In this document: positions 35,446 to 37,610 of the stretch, in pieces
Position numbering within the stretch: position 1 is the first letter of the stretch
Layout of the letters: each line of letters starts with the position of its first letter
Virus record (IMG/VR): IMGVR_UViG_3300048577_000445
Span: 1-37,610 of that record
DNA from: a virus
Lineage: Duplodnaviria > Caudoviricetes
DNA: 37,610 nt
Direction: 5' to 3' (one strand)
The notes under the pieces: generated by a model
Seen by the model: only the letters and a program-made list of their open reading frames with translations
Told to the model about the DNA's origin: nothing
Databases searched by the model: none
Made by a program: the position numbers and the translations under genes

Positions 35446-36744
35446 ATGGCGCTAACCGGAGCCGTGGCCGCGGCGGTCAGACAGTTCGATCCCTATCCTG
35501 AGTTTGACAATGTGCGGGTCTTCCGGGGCCGGCCGGAGACGGGGGAGCGGCCGATCTACAAGACCGCCGGCCTGATCGTTCCGCGCTTTGAGATGGTCCC
35601 CGGCGTGCAGATCGTCGGGGGGGCGGGCTTCGGCCAGCGGGAGATCAATACGGCCTGGCGCGGGGCGCGGGCTGATGAGCCGCTGATCGGGGATGGGGGG
35701 CTGCGGAACGCGGAAGCGCGGCCTGAGCTTGTCGGGCTGTCGTGTCGGCCTGCGGATGCGCTTTGGACCATCACGGGCGGGACTAAGGCCGCAGGCTCCA
35801 CATACAAGGGCATCTTTCGGGGCGCGAAGGCCGTCTCAGCCGGCGCTGTTTGGAACAGGCTTCAAGTCCCGTCGCTAACAGTCACCAGCGGCCAACTCTA
35901 CACCGTCATCGCAAGGTATCGCGCCGGGACCAGTGGTCGCGCGAACATTGAGCTTCGCAATGTCGCGGGGGCTGTTTCAAGCAGTGCGCGCGGCTCAATT
36001 GGTGCTCTTGCGGTTTCAGCGACGGGCGCGGGGCCGCTCTCGATCATCGAGACTGTTGATGAGGGCGATGGCGTCATTCGGACAGTCCTCAGTTGGACGC
36101 CGAGCTTCACAGGAGGCTCGGAAGGTTCTGGCATCGGTCCCGACAGCGCCGTTGTCGGCGAAGATATCGAAGTCCTCGGCCTCTCGATCCAGGCTGGGGC
36201 CTATGTCAACAACCCGCCTATCGACAACGGGAACCTCCCCGCCACGCGGACGGGCTACAGCTATCTGGAGACGGGGCGGACCATTCAGCCGGTCCACTAC
36301 GGGGTGGCGCGGGCGCGATGGTTGGCGCTCCCCGCTGCGCACGCCGCCGGGCAATTTCCCTATGTGATCGACCTGCGCCCGGCTGACACCGGGGGACGGC
36401 TGACATGGCTGGCAAATCCAACCGGGAATGCTCAAGCCATCTCGCTCCAGGGCAGCGGCGGGACGGATGCCTACATATTCTTCGACAACGCAACGGTCGG
36501 CACATGGAAGACCGTCGCCTGGGCCGTTCGGGCTGGCCAGTTAGCCATCTCCGTTGACGGCGCCGCCCTTCAGACCGCCGCGCTTGGCGGCCTCCCTCCG
36601 GTGCTGTCGAGGGTCGGGTCTCTCTGTAGAGCCACCACGGCTGGACTGAACATCGCCAACGCGGAGATGGAGGGCTGGCTGACCCGCAACGGCGAGATCA
36701 GCAATGACGCGCTCCAGGCCCTGGCGGCGAGGTTTGCGGCATGA
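35446..36744 (+). CDS. Putative receptor-binding protein with carbohydrate-binding and LamG/concanavalin-like domains
   Basis: Beta-rich; TVTSGQLYTV, IQAGAY....I......ATR, WKTVAWAV..GQLAISVDG patterns; atypical codon usage. Confidence 0.65.
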   Translation: MALTGAVAAAVRQFDPYPEFDNVRVFRGRPETGERPIYKTAGLIVPRFEMVPGVQIVGGAGFGQREINTAWRGARADEPLIGDGGLRNAEARPELVGLSCRPADALWTITGGTKAAGSTYKGIFRGAKAVSAGAVWNRLQVPSLTVTSGQLYTVIARYRAGTSGRANIELRNVAGAVSSSARGSIGALAVSATGAGPLSIIETVDEGDGVIRTVLSWTPSFTGGSEGSGIGPDSAVVGEDIEVLGLSIQAGAYVNNPPIDNGNLPATRTGYSYLETGRTIQPVHYGVARARWLALPAAHAAGQFPYVIDLRPADTGGRLTWLANPTGNAQAISLQGSGGTDAYIFFDNATVGTWKTVAWAVRAGQLAISVDGAALQTAALGGLPPVLSRVGSLCRATTAGLNIANAEMEGWLTRNGEISNDALQALAARFAA

Positions 36745-37061
36745 CCCTGCGCCTCAACCCCACCTGCGCCGTCCGCCTCGATCCGGTCTATGAGTACGGC
36801 CCCGAGCTAATCAACGAAGAGACCGGCGAGACCTATCGCGAGATCACCGGGATCAAGCCGGGCGTGCATATCGAAATCCACGAACGGACCATCCAGGCGC
36901 ATCCGGCCCTGGCCTGGGGCTTCATCGACCCGGACCATCCGGTGCATGACCCCGGAAGCCTGATCCGCACCTGGGCGGCGACGGAGGAGGCCTATAAGGC
37001 CGCCGCCCCGGTGACAGGCAGCCCCTACGATCTCTTCGTGGAGGTCCCGGATGAAGACTGA
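36741..37061 (+). CDS. Hypothetical protein (possible fibre chaperone)
   Basis: 106 aa, ATGA-coupled to the RBP gene. Confidence 0.65.
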   Translation: MTLRLNPTCAVRLDPVYEYGPELINEETGETYREITGIKPGVHIEIHERTIQAHPALAWGFIDPDHPVHDPGSLIRTWAATEEAYKAAAPVTGSPYDLFVEVPDED

Positions 37062-37206
37062 AGCCCTGCTCCTCATCCTGCTGCTCGCCGCCTGCAGTCC
37101 GCTCCCGCCCCGCCAGGCCGAGACCATGCCGGATGGCGGGCCGGCCATGCCCCCGGCCGGCTGGCAGGATCTCTGCGCCCGGGAGCCGGAGACGCCGCGA
37201 TGCTGA
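37051..37206 (+). CDS. 51-aa lipoprotein resembling the N-terminal part of a BTLCP protease (not in ORF track)
   Basis: MKTEALLLILLLAACSPLPPRQAETMPDGGPAMPPAGWQDLCAREPETPRC; GGAGG RBS, LAAC lipobox. Confidence 0.72.
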   Translation: MKTEALLLILLLAACSPLPPRQAETMPDGGPAMPPAGWQDLCAREPETPRC

Positions 37207-37610
37207 CCCTGGGCGACACCGGCTGGGCGCAGATCTGCGAGGTCAACGCCGAGGTGAACCGCCGGCCCTATCGGGTCGATATGGACCTCTATGGCAAGCC
37301 CGACCACTGGACGCCCATCGGCCCGGCCGGGGGCGACTGCGAGGACTTCGCCCTGCGCAAGCAGGCCGAGCTGGTGGCGCTGGGCTGGCCCCTGCGCGCC
37401 CTGCGCCTGGCCACCTGCTGGACCGAGACCGGCGGCTATCACGCCGTGCTGACCCTCGACACCGACCGGGGGACCTATGTGCTGGACAACCGATTCCCCG
37501 AGCCCATGCCCTGGGACCTGCTCAGCCGTCGGGGCTACCGCTGGGACCGCCGGCAGGCGGCGAAGGGGCGGGGCTGGGTGAAGGTGGCGCAGGGTCCGCG
37601 GCGTGCTTAG
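37200..37610 (+). CDS. Transglutaminase-like cysteine peptidase (BTLCP / C93, LapG-like) catalytic domain
   Basis: VN..VN, D..LYG..DHW, GDCEDFAL.K, HAVL, YVLDN: complete Cys-His-Asp triad; GGAG RBS 8 nt upstream. Confidence 0.9.
   Translation: MLTLGDTGWAQICEVNAEVNRRPYRVDMDLYGKPDHWTPIGPAGGDCEDFALRKQAELVALGWPLRALRLATCWTETGGYHAVLTLDTDRGTYVLDNRFPEPMPWDLLSRRGYRWDRRQAAKGRGWVKVAQGPRRA

Larger units (their letters stand above)
1..37610. mobile_element. Mu-like transposable prophage with non-contractile (siphovirus-type) tail; both ends lie outside the window
   Basis: Repressor/ner/A/B/gemA/mor/lysis/gp25-29/F/I/T/gp36 synteny typical of Mu-like phages; tail tube, chaperones and tape measure but no sheath; dense ATGA/TGATG gene coupling. 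Confidence 0.97.

Noticed and set aside
33803-36744. Diversity-generating retroelement or invertible G segment
   Set aside because: No reverse transcriptase, template/variable repeat pair, invertase or inverted crossover sites seen in the window

Overview
The whole 37.6-kb window is one GC-rich Mu-like (transposable) prophage, truncated at both ends with no Mu termini visible. The gene content and promoter style suggest an alphaproteobacterial host (inference). Order: LexA/CI-type repressor (minus strand), divergent ner, ParB-like protein, MuA transposase, MuB, small early genes (DUF3164, a DnaA-domain-IV-like protein), gemA and mor. Then lysis (GH108 endolysin, holin, overlapping spanins, TraR/DksA zinc finger), packaging and head (gp25-gp29, MuF, protease/scaffold, gpT), and a non-contractile tail (tube, -1 frameshifted chaperones, tape measure, tip and fibre proteins). 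The window ends in a split transglutaminase-like C93 cysteine protease. Main observations: (1) MuF has an extra RNase-like C-terminal domain and is followed convergently by a predicted ~86-nt structured antisense RNA with its own -10 box and a cUUCGg tetraloop, a candidate virion toxin/RNA partner system. (2) A 24-bp palindromic promoter motif is repeated before the lysis and head operons. (3) A BTLCP/LapG-like protease is split into a 51-aa lipoprotein and a free catalytic domain. (4) A sense/antisense dual-coding segment sits in the early operon. All calls come from motif and synteny recognition; no database searches were run.
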